DNA from: Chloroflexota bacterium
Lineage (GTDB): Bacteria > Chloroflexota > Limnocylindria > P2-11E
Direction: 5' to 3'
Assembly (NCBI GenBank): GCA_016194865.1
Contig: JACQAT010000001.1
Span: forward strand, 154,022-218,021
Length of the DNA: 64,000 nucleotides
Positions 9,320-19,913 of the stretch are shown one piece after another. Every line of letters begins with the position of its first letter. Within the stretch, counting starts at the first letter, position 1. The notes under the pieces were generated by a model. It saw only the letters and a list, made by a program, of their open reading frames with translations, was not told where the DNA came from and made no database searches. The position numbers and the translations under genes are program-made.

Positions 9320-10864
9320 ATGGCCACCACCTCGTCAGAGATCACCGACATCATCAAGGCGCAGATCAAGAGCTTCGAGGGCACGACCGAGTCCGCGGAC
9401 GTGGGGACCGTCGTCGAGATCGGCGACGGGATCGCGCGGATCCACGGCCTCGCCGCCTGCATGGCCTCGGAGCTGCTCGATTTCGGGAACGAGGTCTTCG
9501 GCCTGGCGTTCAACCTCGAGGAGGACACCGTCAGCGCCATCATCCTCGGCGACTACACCGGCATCGGCGAGGGTGGCCAGGTGCGCACCACGGGTCGCAT
9601 CGTGGAATGCCCGGTGGGCGACGCGCTCGTCGGCCGCGTGGTCGACCCGCTCGGACGCCCGCTCGACGGCAAGGGCCCGATCGACACGAGGCTCACGCGG
9701 CCCGTCGACGTGGTCGCGCCCGGCGTCATCACGCGCCAGAACGTCGACACGCCGGTGCAGACCGGCATCAAGGTCATCGACGCGATCACGCCGATCGGCC
9801 GCGGCCAGCGGCAGCTCATCATCGGCGACCGCCAGACCGGCAAGACCGCCGTGGCGATCGACGCGATCATCAACCAGAAGGGCAAGGACCTCGTCTGCAT
9901 CTACGTCGCGATCGGGCAGAAGGAATCGTCCGTCGCGAAGATCGTCGCGACGCTCGAGGAGCACGGCGCGATGGAGCACAGCATCGTCGTGGTCGCCGGC
10001 GCGTCCTCACCCGCGACTCTGCAATACCTCGCCCCGTTCTCGGGCTGCGCGATGGGCGAGTTCTTCCGCGATGAGGGCAAGGACGCGCTCGTCGTCTACG
10101 ACGACCTCTCGAAGCACGCCTGGGCCTACCGCCAGGTCTCGCTCCTCACGCGTCGCCCGCCCGGCCGCGAGGCGTACCCCGGCGACGTCTTCTACCTGCA
10201 TTCCCGGCTCCTGGAGCGTGCCGCTCGCCTGAACAAGGAGAACAAGGGCGGCTCGCTCACCGCGCTGCCGATCATCGAGACGCAGGCGAACGACATCTCG
10301 GCCTACATCCCGACGAACGTCATCTCGATCACCGACGGCCAGATCTTCCTGGAGACCGACCTCTTCAACCAGGGCATCCGCCCCGCCATCAACAGCGGCC
10401 TGTCGGTCTCGCGTGTCGGTGGCGACGCGCAGACGAAGGCCATGAAGGCCGTCGCCGGCGGACTCCGCGCGAGCCTCGCGCAATTCCGCGAGCTCGCGGC
10501 ATTCGCGCAATTCGGCTCCGACCTCGACAAGGCGACGCAGCAGCAGCTCCGCCGCGGCGAGCGCATGACCGAGGTCATGAAGCAGCCGCAGTACCAGCCG
10601 CTGTCGCTCGCGCAGGAGGTCGTCATCATCTTCGCCGGCACGAACGGCTACCTCGACGACGTACCGGCCGCGCGCGTCCGTGAGTTCGAGCGCGACATCT
10701 TCCGCTACATGGAGACCCAGTACAGGCAGATCCCCGAGACCATCGCCACCAGCAAGAAGCTCGAGCCGGACACGCAGAAGGCGATCAAGACGATGATCGA
10801 GGAGTTCAAGAAGAGCACCGACTTCGGCGAGAAGACCGAGGCGAAGACGGTAAAGAAGAGCTAG
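9320..10864 (+). CDS. atpA: F0F1 ATP synthase subunit alpha
   Basis: Walker [10 protein letters not shown]; typical alpha-subunit sequence throughout. Confidence 0.97.
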   Translation: MATTSSEITDIIKAQIKSFEGTTESADVGTVVEIGDGIARIHGLAACMASELLDFGNEVFGLAFNLEEDTVSAIILGDYTGIGEGGQVRTTGRIVECPVGDALVGRVVDPLGRPLDGKGPIDTRLTRPVDVVAPGVITRQNVDTPVQTGIKVIDAITPIGRGQRQLIIGDRQTGKTAVAIDAIINQKGKDLVCIYVAIGQKESSVAKIVATLEEHGAMEHSIVVVAGASSPATLQYLAPFSGCAMGEFFRDEGKDALVVYDDLSKHAWAYRQVSLLTRRPPGREAYPGDVFYLHSRLLERAARLNKENKGGSLTALPIIETQANDISAYIPTNVISITDGQIFLETDLFNQGIRPAINSGLSVSRVGGDAQTKAMKAVAGGLRASLAQFRELAAFAQFGSDLDKATQQQLRRGERMTEVMKQPQYQPLSLAQEVVIIFAGTNGYLDDVPAARVREFERDIFRYMETQYRQIPETIATSKKLEPDTQKAIKTMIEEFKKSTDFGEKTEAKTVKKS

Positions 10865-11722
10865 GTGCCGTCAGAGCGCGAGCTGCGGAGGCGCATCCGC
10901 AGCGTCAAGAACATCCAGCAGCTCACGCGCGCGATGCAGCTCGTCGCCGCGTCGAAGATGCGGCGCGCGCAGGAGGCGGTCCTCGCCGCGCGGCCGTTCG
11001 AGGCGAGGCTGCGGACCGTCCTCAACGACCTCGCGCCCTACGCCGACCCCGAGATCAGCCCGCTCCTGCGGAAGCGTCCGGTGAAGAAGGTCGCGGTCAT
11101 TCTGGTGACGACCGACCGCGGTCTCGTCGGACCGATGAACGTGAACCTGCTGCGCGCGACGCTGCGCCAGATGGCGCAGGCACCGGGCTCGGCCTGGATC
11201 GCGGTCGGGCGCAAGGGCATCGGCTCGCTCCGCCGGACCCACCAGAACGTGCTCGCGGAGTTCCCCGGCATCCCCGACCGCCCCACGACGGGCGACACGA
11301 ACGCGATCGCGCGCGCCGCGGTCGATGAATTCGTGAGCGGGAACGTCGACGAGGTGCATCTCGCGTTCACGCGCTTCATCAACACGCTGCGCCAGGAGCC
11401 GACGATCCGCCGGCTCCTGCCGCTCGCGCCCGAGGAAGAGGACGACGACACGCGCGTGCCGAAGCAGTACATCTTCGAGCCCGACCCGGAGACCGTGCTG
11501 CGGCAGATCCTGCCGCGGCTCATCGAGGTCGCGGTCTACCAGGCGGTCCTGGAGTCGAAGGCCTCCCAGTTCTCGGCGCAGATGGTGGCGATGCGCAACG
11601 CGACCGACGCCGCCGGAGACCTCATCTCCGATTACACGCTCGCGGCCAACAAGGCACGGCAGGGACGGATCACGAAAGAGATGCTCGAGATCGCGACCGG
11701 GGCCGAGGCGTTGAAAGGCTAG
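10865..11722 (+). CDS. atpG: F0F1 ATP synthase subunit gamma
   Basis: GTG start abutting the atpA TAG. IKNIQQLTRAMQLVAASKMRRAQ N-terminus and ITKEMLEI C-terminus. Confidence 0.95.
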   Translation: MPSERELRRRIRSVKNIQQLTRAMQLVAASKMRRAQEAVLAARPFEARLRTVLNDLAPYADPEISPLLRKRPVKKVAVILVTTDRGLVGPMNVNLLRATLRQMAQAPGSAWIAVGRKGIGSLRRTHQNVLAEFPGIPDRPTTGDTNAIARAAVDEFVSGNVDEVHLAFTRFINTLRQEPTIRRLLPLAPEEEDDDTRVPKQYIFEPDPETVLRQILPRLIEVAVYQAVLESKASQFSAQMVAMRNATDAAGDLISDYTLAANKARQGRITKEMLEIATGAEALKG

Positions 11723-13176
<1,454 letters not shown>

Positions 13177-13177
<1 letters not shown>

Positions 13178-13590
13178 TGCCGGGACTCAGGCTCGAGATC
13201 ATCACGCCCGAGCGCGTCGTCCACCAGGACGACGTGGACATGGTCATCGCTCCAGGCAGCGAGGGGTATCTCGGCATCCTCCCGCATCACGCGCCGCTGC
13301 TGACCGCGCTCGGGCACGGGGAGCTTCGCGTGAAGAAGGGCGGCACCGAGACCTCGCTCGCGGTGTTCGGCGGCTTCATGGACATCGGGCCCGATCACGT
13401 CGTCGTGCTCACCGATGCCGCCGAGCACGCGGAGGAGATCGACGAGCAGCGTGCCGAGGCGGCACGGGCGCGCGCCAAGGCGGCGCTCGAGGCGGGACCG
13501 GTCGGGGTGGACGAGCAGCGTGCGCGCGCGGAGCTGTCGCGCGCGATCACGCGTCTGCGTGTGAGCGAGCGCCGCCGCCGCCGACCCTAG
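13177..13590 (+). CDS. atpC: F0F1 ATP synthase subunit epsilon
   Basis: The GTG overlaps the atpD TAG. LEIITPERVV... beta-sandwich plus C-terminal helices. Confidence 0.9.
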
Positions 13591-13615
13591 CTGCGGGACA
13601 GTCCGGTCTAATCTC

Positions 13616-14128
13616 GTGGGCGTGCTCATGCGCGCCCTCGCGGTCGTGTTCAACGCGCTGCCGGTCCGCTGGCAGCGCCGGGTCATCGACCGCGCGCATC
13701 CTCGCTTCCTCGTTGGCGTCGTCGGCTTCGGGGTGAACGAACGCGGTGAGGTCCTCCTCGCGCGCCATCGCTTTGGCTCGCCGCGCTGGCGCTTCCTCGG
13801 GGGGATCCTCACGAAGCGAGAATCGCTCGACGACGCGCTCAAACGCGAGATCCATGAAGAGACGGGCATGACCATCGAGGTCGGGCCGCTCCTCGAGGCG
13901 AACACCGGATTCCGCTGGTCGCGCGTCGAGGTCGTGTACGCGTACCGGGTCGTCAGCGGCGTGGCCGCACCGAGCGGCGAGGTCGCCGAGGTCACCGCGT
14001 TCCCGGCCGACGCGCTGCCCGACGTACGCGCGGACCAGCGCGGGGTGATCGAGCGCCATCACGCGGCGGTCGTGCGCTGGGCTATTCGGGCGGCCGCTGA
14101 CTCCCGAGAGAGGCGAGGATCTGCCTGA
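13616..14128 (+). CDS. NUDIX hydrolase
   Basis: Nudix box GGILTKRESLDDALKREIHEETGM. Confidence 0.8.
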   Translation: MGVLMRALAVVFNALPVRWQRRVIDRAHPRFLVGVVGFGVNERGEVLLARHRFGSPRWRFLGGILTKRESLDDALKREIHEETGMTIEVGPLLEANTGFRWSRVEVVYAYRVVSGVAAPSGEVAEVTAFPADALPDVRADQRGVIERHHAAVVRWAIRAAADSRERRGSA

Positions 14129-14750
14129 TGTGGTCGAGATGCTCGTATTCGTGCTCGAGGATGCGGCGCATGACCTTGCGCGTCGTGAACCGGACGCCCA
14201 TCACCGGGTGATCGACCCAGTCGCTGGGCTCCATCACGGTGAAGCGCTGGAACGCCATCCGGTGCACCGCCTGTAACGTCGCGAACTCGTGGTCCGGCCA
14301 GCGCTCCATTCTTGAGAGCAACGAAACCTGAGTAAGCATGATGTGCTCGAGCGCTTCACGCACGCTCCAGGCCGTCTCGGTCGGCTTGCGCTCGAGCTCG
14401 TCCGCCGAGAGCCCGCGCACGAGCGCGAGCAGCGCCGAGCGCGACGCCTCCATCTGGTGCAGGAAGTCGCGCAGCTCGTGCTCCTCGAGCGGCTTCTCGT
14501 CGGGTGGGAGCACGTGCATGGCCGTCATGTCCCACTCGTGAGCGACGAACTTCGCCGGATCGAGGCCCTTCCAGTGCTCGGTCGAGACGCCGCGCAGGGT
14601 CAGCAGCTCGAGGTAATCGCGGAACGCGGCTCGGATCTTCGCCAGCGCGTCCTCTTTCGACGTCCCGCGCGCGGTGCAGCCGGGCAGCTCCGCGAGCGAC
14701 GCGAGGAACGTGCCATCGTTCGCGACGCGGATGTATACGTTCCCGCTCAC
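14082..14750 (-). CDS. HicB-like (UPF0150) N-terminal domain fused to a DinB_2-type four-helix-bundle domain
   Basis: Preferred start is GTG 14750, which overlaps the stop of the DtxR-family gene (GTGA). N-terminal part: YIRVANDGTFLASLAELPGCTARGTSKEDALAKIRAAFRDYLE. C-terminal part: WSVREALEHI ... ILEHEYEHLDHI (DinB-like His/Glu ligands). Confidence 0.6.
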   Translation of the reverse strand: MSGNVYIRVANDGTFLASLAELPGCTARGTSKEDALAKIRAAFRDYLELLTLRGVSTEHWKGLDPAKFVAHEWDMTAMHVLPPDEKPLEEHELRDFLHQMEASRSALLALVRGLSADELERKPTETAWSVREALEHIMLTQVSLLSRMERWPDHEFATLQAVHRMAFQRFTVMEPSDWVDHPVMGVRFTTRKVMRRILEHEYEHLDHIRQILASLGSQRPPE

Positions 14751-15394
14751 AGCGCCACCCAGACCTTCTGCGCGCAATCCGGCCGGACGTCGCGCTCCAG
14801 CCCGTCGACGAGGACGCGCAGCGAATCGGGGCCGCTGCGCACGAGCGCGATCGCCGCGCCGGGCCGCAGGCCCTGCCCGTCGAGATACTCGAGGAAGCCG
14901 GGCTCGTGCTCGAACTGATCGGGGATCCGCGTGATCGTGCTCTGCTCACCGGGCTTGAGCTGACCGAGCGGCTTCGTCGGCTTCGGCTTCCGCCCCGGCA
15001 TCGGGTTCCCGTGCGGGCAGGTGTCCGGGTCGCCGAGCACCTTGATCATCCGCGCCTCGAGCTCGGGGGACATCGCGTGCTCCAGGCGCTCGGCCTCGTC
15101 GTGCGTCTTCCACCACTCGAAGCCGAGGACATCGACCAGGAAGCGCTCCGCCAGGCGGTGACGCCGCACGACCGAGTCGGCAGCTCGCTGGCCGGACGCG
15201 GTGAGGTGCACGCCACGGCGCTCGTCGAGGTCGACCAGGCCGTCGTGCTCGAGGCGGTGCACCATCTCGGAGACCGTGGGAGCCGAATTCCCGAGGAATT
15301 CGGCAAGCCGGGCGGCGATGACCGTCCCGCCCTCGTCGCTGAGCGTGTAGATCGCCTGGAGGTATTCCTCCGCCGCGGCCGAGCTGCTGGCTAT
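14747..15394 (-). CDS. DtxR/IdeR/MntR-family metal-dependent transcriptional regulator with FeoA/SH3-like C-terminal domain
   Basis: The frame upstream of the track's ATG (15265) reads IASSSAAAEEYLQAIYTLSDEGGTVIAARLAEFLGNSAPTVSEMVHRLEHDGLV, the DtxR winged-HTH that cannot be omitted. This is followed by HRLAERFLVDVLG ... HDEAERLEH. No canonical start exists between the in-frame stop (15418-15416) and 15265; ATA at 15394 is the only near-cognate codon. Confidence 0.85.
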   Translation of the reverse strand: MASSSAAAEEYLQAIYTLSDEGGTVIAARLAEFLGNSAPTVSEMVHRLEHDGLVDLDERRGVHLTASGQRAADSVVRRHRLAERFLVDVLGFEWWKTHDEAERLEHAMSPELEARMIKVLGDPDTCPHGNPMPGRKPKPTKPLGQLKPGEQSTITRIPDQFEHEPGFLEYLDGQGLRPGAAIALVRSGPDSLRVLVDGLERDVRPDCAQKVWVAL

Positions 15395-15415
15395 TCTTGA
15401 CTCCCCAGGTCGGAA

Positions 15416-15460
15416 TTAGTTAGGGTGGCCTAAGCAACGAGATTAGGTGCCCCTAAGCAG
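15416..15460. promoter_or_regulatory. two DtxR/IdeR-like palindromic operators (TTAGG-N4-CCTAA) in the divergent promoter region
   Basis: ttagttaggGTGGcctaagcaa (core at 15420-15433) and gattaggTGCCcctaagcag (core at 15443-15456), centres 23 bp apart. They lie between the DtxR-family gene and the FTR1 permease gene. Confidence 0.65.
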
Positions 15461-15473
15461 GTGATGCCGACCG

Positions 15474-16301
15474 ATGTCCGCAGCCGACATTAGCGCACTG
15501 ATCATCGCGCTCCGCGAAGGCGTCGAGATGGCGCTCATCGTCGGGATCGTCCTCGCCTATCTGACGCGGATCGACGCGCGCCACGCGCACCGCTGGGTGT
15601 GGCTCGGCGCCGTGATCGCGGGCCTCGTGAGCCTCGGCTTCCTCGGCCTGCTGAACCTGCTCGAGGCGGAGTTCACCGGAACGACCGAGTTCTACTACGA
15701 GGGCACGACCCTTCTGCTGGCGGCCGCGTTCCTCACCTGGATGATCCTGTGGATGCTCCAGCGCGCCCGGTATCTGAAGAACGAGCTGCAGGGCGAGATC
15801 CAGCAGGCGCTCTCGCACCGCGGCGCGTACCTCGGTCTCTTCCTCCTCGCCTTCTTCAGCCTCGTGCGCGAGGGCGTGGAGACGGCGCTGCTCCTGTTCG
15901 CCGCCCCCGGCCAGGGAAAGCTGCTCGGCACGCTCCTGGGCTTCGCCATCGCCATCGCCATCGGCGTCGCGATGTATCACTACGGCCGGCGGATCGACCT
16001 GCGCGCGTTCTTCCGCGTCACCGGCGCGCTGCTGGTCGTCTTCGCCGCGGGCCTTGTGACGCACGGCGTGCACGAGTTCGTCGAGGCGGGCCTCTCCGGC
16101 GGACCGAAGGTCTTCGATCTCAGCGAGACGCTCCCGGATTCCGAGGGCCTCGGGTCCGTCCTGCGCGCGCTTTGCGGCTACTCCGCGGACCCGACGATCC
16201 TCGAGGTCGCCGCGTACCTCGGCTACTTCGTGCTGGTCTGGGTCCTCTCGCGCACGCGGATCGTCGGCCGGAGGCAGGCAAGCCCTACCGTCGCGGCCTA
16301 A
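15474..16301 (+). CDS. FTR1/EfeU-family high-affinity iron permease
   Basis: Two REGVE motifs (REGVEMALIV, REGVETALLL) in a 7-TM-like protein. Confidence 0.85.
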   Translation: MSAADISALIIALREGVEMALIVGIVLAYLTRIDARHAHRWVWLGAVIAGLVSLGFLGLLNLLEAEFTGTTEFYYEGTTLLLAAAFLTWMILWMLQRARYLKNELQGEIQQALSHRGAYLGLFLLAFFSLVREGVETALLLFAAPGQGKLLGTLLGFAIAIAIGVAMYHYGRRIDLRAFFRVTGALLVVFAAGLVTHGVHEFVEAGLSGGPKVFDLSETLPDSEGLGSVLRALCGYSADPTILEVAAYLGYFVLVWVLSRTRIVGRRQASPTVAA

Positions 16302-16376
16302 CACCGAGGTGGACGCCGAGGTTGAAGCCTAGACTGGCCTTTCCGGCACCGCATCGCCAAACGGAAAGGACACGCT

Positions 16377-17396
16377 GTGTTCGCACGCCAGATCGGCATC
16401 GACCTCGGGACCGCGAACGTCATCGTGTACGTCCGCGGCAAGGGCATCGTCCTCACGGAGCCCTCCGTGGTCGCCATCGCGCAGGACGACGATCACAGCC
16501 GTCCGCGCATCGTCGCGGTGGGTGAGGAAGCGCGTCTCATGCTCGGCCGGACGCCCGGCAACATCACCGCGCTGCGGCCCATGCGCGATGGCGTGATCTC
16601 CGACTACGTGATCACCGAGCACATGCTCAGGCACTTCATCGACAAGGTCTGCGGGCGCATCCGCGTGTTCCACCCCGAGCTCATGATCTGCGTGCCGTCG
16701 GGCGTGACCAGCGTCGAGCGGCGCGCGGTGAAGGACGCGGCGATCCGCGCGGGCGCGCGCGACGTCCACCTCATCGAGGAGCCGCTCGCGGCGGCGATCG
16801 GCGCGAACATCCCGATCTCGGGGCCCAGCGGCAACCTCATCATCGACATCGGCGGCGGCACCGCGGAGATCGCGGTCATCTCGCTCGGCGGCATCGTCGT
16901 ATCGCGCAGCGTGCGCGCCGCCGGCAACCGCTTCGACGAGGCGATCGCGAACTTCGTCCGCAAGCGCTACAACCTGATGATCGGCGAGCGCACGGCCGAG
17001 GACGTGAAGATCCAGGTCGGCTCCGCGCTCCCGATGGATCCCGAGCTCACGATGGAGGTCCGCGGCCGCGACCTGATCGCGGGCCTGCCGCGCACGATCA
17101 CGGTCGGCAGCAACGAGATCACCGACGCGCTCGAGCCCGTGCTCCAGCAGATCATCACCGCCGTGAAGGGCGTTCTCGAGGAGACTCCGCCCGAGCTCGC
17201 GTCCGACGTCATCGACAAGGGCATGGTCCTCTCAGGCGGTGGCGCGCTGCTGCGCAACATGGACAAGCTGCTGACGCAGGTCACCGGGGTCGCGTGCTAC
17301 GTCGCGGAGAACCCCCTCTACTGCGTCGCCAAGGGCACCGGGCTGGCGCTCGAGCACATCGAGTTCTTCAAGCGCAGCCTCGTCGCGGTGAGATAG
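16377..17396 (+). CDS. mreB: rod-shape-determining actin homologue MreB
   Basis: [58 protein letters not shown]. Confidence 0.95.
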   Translation: MFARQIGIDLGTANVIVYVRGKGIVLTEPSVVAIAQDDDHSRPRIVAVGEEARLMLGRTPGNITALRPMRDGVISDYVITEHMLRHFIDKVCGRIRVFHPELMICVPSGVTSVERRAVKDAAIRAGARDVHLIEEPLAAAIGANIPISGPSGNLIIDIGGGTAEIAVISLGGIVVSRSVRAAGNRFDEAIANFVRKRYNLMIGERTAEDVKIQVGSALPMDPELTMEVRGRDLIAGLPRTITVGSNEITDALEPVLQQIITAVKGVLEETPPELASDVIDKGMVLSGGGALLRNMDKLLTQVTGVACYVAENPLYCVAKGTGLALEHIEFFKRSLVAVR

Positions 17397-18136
17397 AGGA
17401 CCGACTGCCCGAGCGCCTCGACGTCCTCGGCGTGGGCTTCGATCGGGTCGACCTCGCGGGCGCGGTCCGGACCATCTGCGAGCGCCTCGATGCGCGGGCG
17501 CGCACGTTCGTCATCACGGCCAATCCCGAGTTCGTGATGCTCGCGCGGCGCGACGCGGAGCTGTGCGGCATCGCGCGTGACGCGGAGCTGGTCATCCCCG
17601 ATGGCACGGGCATCGTCGCCGCGGCGCGTCTGCTCGGCGATCGCCTTCCGGGTCGCGCGCCGGGCCGCTTCCTCGTCGACGCCCTGGTGCCGCGCCTCGC
17701 CGAGCGCGGGCTCTCCGTGTACCTGCTCGGCGCCGCGCCCGGCATCGCGGAGCGCGCGGGGCAGGAGCTGCGGCGGCGCGCGCCGCTCCTCCGCGTCGCC
17801 GGCACGCACAGCGGCTCGGCGAGCGACGACGGCGCCGCCGCGCTCGTCGCGCGGAGCGGCGCGGACGTGCTGCTCGTCGCGTACGGCATGCCGTCCCAGG
17901 AGCGCTGGATCTCGCGGAACCTCGCGCTGCTCCCGAGCGTGCGGCTCGCGATCGGCGTCGGTGGCGTGTTCGATCAGCTGAGCGGACGCACCGCGGTCCC
18001 GCCGCGCATGGTGCACGCGATCGGCCTCGAGTGGCTCTGGCGCCTGGTGCGCGAGCCGCGCCGCTGGCGGCGCCAGCGCGTGCTGCCCCTGTTCGCGCTG
18101 CTCGTTCTCGCGGAGCGCGCGCGGAAGCTCGCGTGA
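17393..18136 (+). CDS. WecB/TagA/CpsF-family (GT26) glycosyltransferase
   Basis: [69 protein letters not shown]. Start is uncertain. Options: ATA 17393 (overlaps the mreB TAG), CTG 17405, GTG 17432 (clips a conserved block), or ATG 17294 (103-nt overlap with mreB). Confidence 0.8.
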   Translation: MEDRLPERLDVLGVGFDRVDLAGAVRTICERLDARARTFVITANPEFVMLARRDAELCGIARDAELVIPDGTGIVAAARLLGDRLPGRAPGRFLVDALVPRLAERGLSVYLLGAAPGIAERAGQELRRRAPLLRVAGTHSGSASDDGAAALVARSGADVLLVAYGMPSQERWISRNLALLPSVRLAIGVGGVFDQLSGRTAVPPRMVHAIGLEWLWRLVREPRRWRRQRVLPLFALLVLAERARKLA

Positions 18137-19230
18137 CCATCGCGCTCGCGCACGAGTACTTCTCCGCGCACGGTGGCGCGGAGCGCGTCGTCGAGGTCTT
18201 CCACGAGCTGTGGCCGAGCGCGCCCGTCTACACGTTCTTCCACGACCGCGCGCGCTACGGACCGCTCGGCGCGGATTGGGTGCTGCGGACATCGTTCCTC
18301 CAGCAGCTGCCGATCGGCGGCGGGACGCATCGGCTCCTGCTGCCGCTCTATCCGCGCGCGGCGCGACGCCTGCGCGTCCCGGCGGACATCGATCTGGTGC
18401 TCACCTCGACGAGCGCCTTCATCAAGGGGATCGGGCTCGCCGAGCGCACGGTCCACGTCGCGTACTGCCATTCGCCCACGCGCTATCTCTGGGATTGGAG
18501 CGAGCGGTATCTCGACGAGGAGGTGCCGCTGCCGCTCCAACCCTTCGTGCGGCAGTTGTTGGTGGGGCTGCGCGAAGCGGACCTCCAGGCCGCAACAAGA
18601 GTGGATCGCTGGATCGCCAACTCGAACGTCGTCGCGGAGCGCATTCGCTCCATCTACCGCGCGCCGAGCGAGGTCGTGCATCCGCCGGTCGACGTTGACG
18701 GCTTCCGGCCCGCCGCGACGCGCGGTGACTTCTGGCTGTTCGTCGGCCGGCTGTCCAGGTACAAGCGCGCCGACATCGCGATCAAGGCGTTCAACGAGGT
18801 CGGCCTCCGCCTCATCGTCGTGGGCGAGGGGCGCGAGCGCGGCTCGCTGGAACGGCTCGCGCGCGACAACGTCAGCTTCACCGGCCGCGTCGCCGACGCG
18901 ACGGTGCGCGAGCTGCTGGCGTCGGCCCGCGGTCTCGTGTTCCCGGCGGAGGACGACTTCGGCATCGTCTGCGCGGAGGCGCTGGCATCCGGCGCGCCGG
19001 TGGTCGCCCTCGCGAAGGGCGGCGCGCCGGAGATCGTCGGCCCGGCGGAGGGCGCGCTCGTCGCCGAGGCCGTCCCCGAGGCCTTCGCGGACGCCGTGCG
19101 CGCGATCGAAAGCGACGGGCGCGACCCCCAGACGCTGCGCCGCTCCGCGCGCCGTTTCGATGTGCCACGATTCCGTGACCGAGTGAAGACGATCGTCGAA
19201 CAGGCGCGCGAGGCCGGGCGCGCGCGGTGA
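18133..19230 (+). CDS. GT-B glycosyltransferase (GT4 family)
   Basis: Start GTG 18133 overlaps the upstream TGA. Reads [20 protein letters not shown]. The C-terminal half has the GT4 EDFGIVCAEALASGAPVVA block. Confidence 0.8.
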   Translation: MTIALAHEYFSAHGGAERVVEVFHELWPSAPVYTFFHDRARYGPLGADWVLRTSFLQQLPIGGGTHRLLLPLYPRAARRLRVPADIDLVLTSTSAFIKGIGLAERTVHVAYCHSPTRYLWDWSERYLDEEVPLPLQPFVRQLLVGLREADLQAATRVDRWIANSNVVAERIRSIYRAPSEVVHPPVDVDGFRPAATRGDFWLFVGRLSRYKRADIAIKAFNEVGLRLIVVGEGRERGSLERLARDNVSFTGRVADATVRELLASARGLVFPAEDDFGIVCAEALASGAPVVALAKGGAPEIVGPAEGALVAEAVPEAFADAVRAIESDGRDPQTLRRSARRFDVPRFRDRVKTIVEQAREAGRAR

Positions 19231-19913
19231 CGCCACGACGCGTCCGGCTCGATATGCACACGCATTCGGAGTTCTCGCCGGACAGCCGCACGCCCATCGC
19301 GACCCAGGCGAAAGCGATCAGGGCCGCGAAGATCGACGTCGTGTGCGCGACCGATCACAACACCATCGAGGGCGCGCTGCGGCTGCGCGAGCTCGCGGAC
19401 GGATTCCGGGTGATCGTCGGAGAAGAGATCAGCACGCGGGACGGCGAGATCATCGGCCTGTTCCTCGAGAAGGCGATCGAGCGTGGCATCTCCGCCGAGG
19501 AGACGATCGCGCGCATCAGGGACCAGGGCGGCATCGTGTCGGTGCCGCACCCGTTCAGCCACAACCGCATCTACCGCATCAAGCGCGAGGCGCTCGAGCG
19601 GATCTGGCCGACGATCGACTGCATCGAGGTCTTCAACGCGCGCGAGGCGTTCGCGGGTGATAACCGCCGCGCGCTCGTGTTCGCGACCGAGCACGGCATC
19701 CCGGGCGCGGTCGGGAGCGACGCCCACCGGCCGTGGGAGCTCGGCCGGGCATACCTCGAGGTCGATGAGTTCACGGGCCGCGACGATTTCGTCGCGGCCG
19801 TCCGCAACGGAACGGCCGAAGGACGCCTCGCGGGACACGCGATCCATTTCTTCACGCGGTACGACAAGTGGCGCAAGTGGCTGACGGCACGACGGACGAA
19901 GCGGACCTCCTAG
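19227..19913 (+). CDS. PHP-domain metal-dependent phosphoesterase
   Basis: LDMHTHSEFSPDS, ATDHNTIEGA, SVPHPF, GSDAHR. GTGA overlap with the upstream gene. Confidence 0.8.
   Translation: MTPRRVRLDMHTHSEFSPDSRTPIATQAKAIRAAKIDVVCATDHNTIEGALRLRELADGFRVIVGEEISTRDGEIIGLFLEKAIERGISAEETIARIRDQGGIVSVPHPFSHNRIYRIKREALERIWPTIDCIEVFNAREAFAGDNRRALVFATEHGIPGAVGSDAHRPWELGRAYLEVDEFTGRDDFVAAVRNGTAEGRLAGHAIHFFTRYDKWRKWLTARRTKRTS

Noticed and set aside
14082-14777. HicAB toxin-antitoxin system
   Set aside because: Only a HicB-like N-terminal domain is present, and it is fused to a DinB-like domain. No HicA-sized ORF is adjacent.
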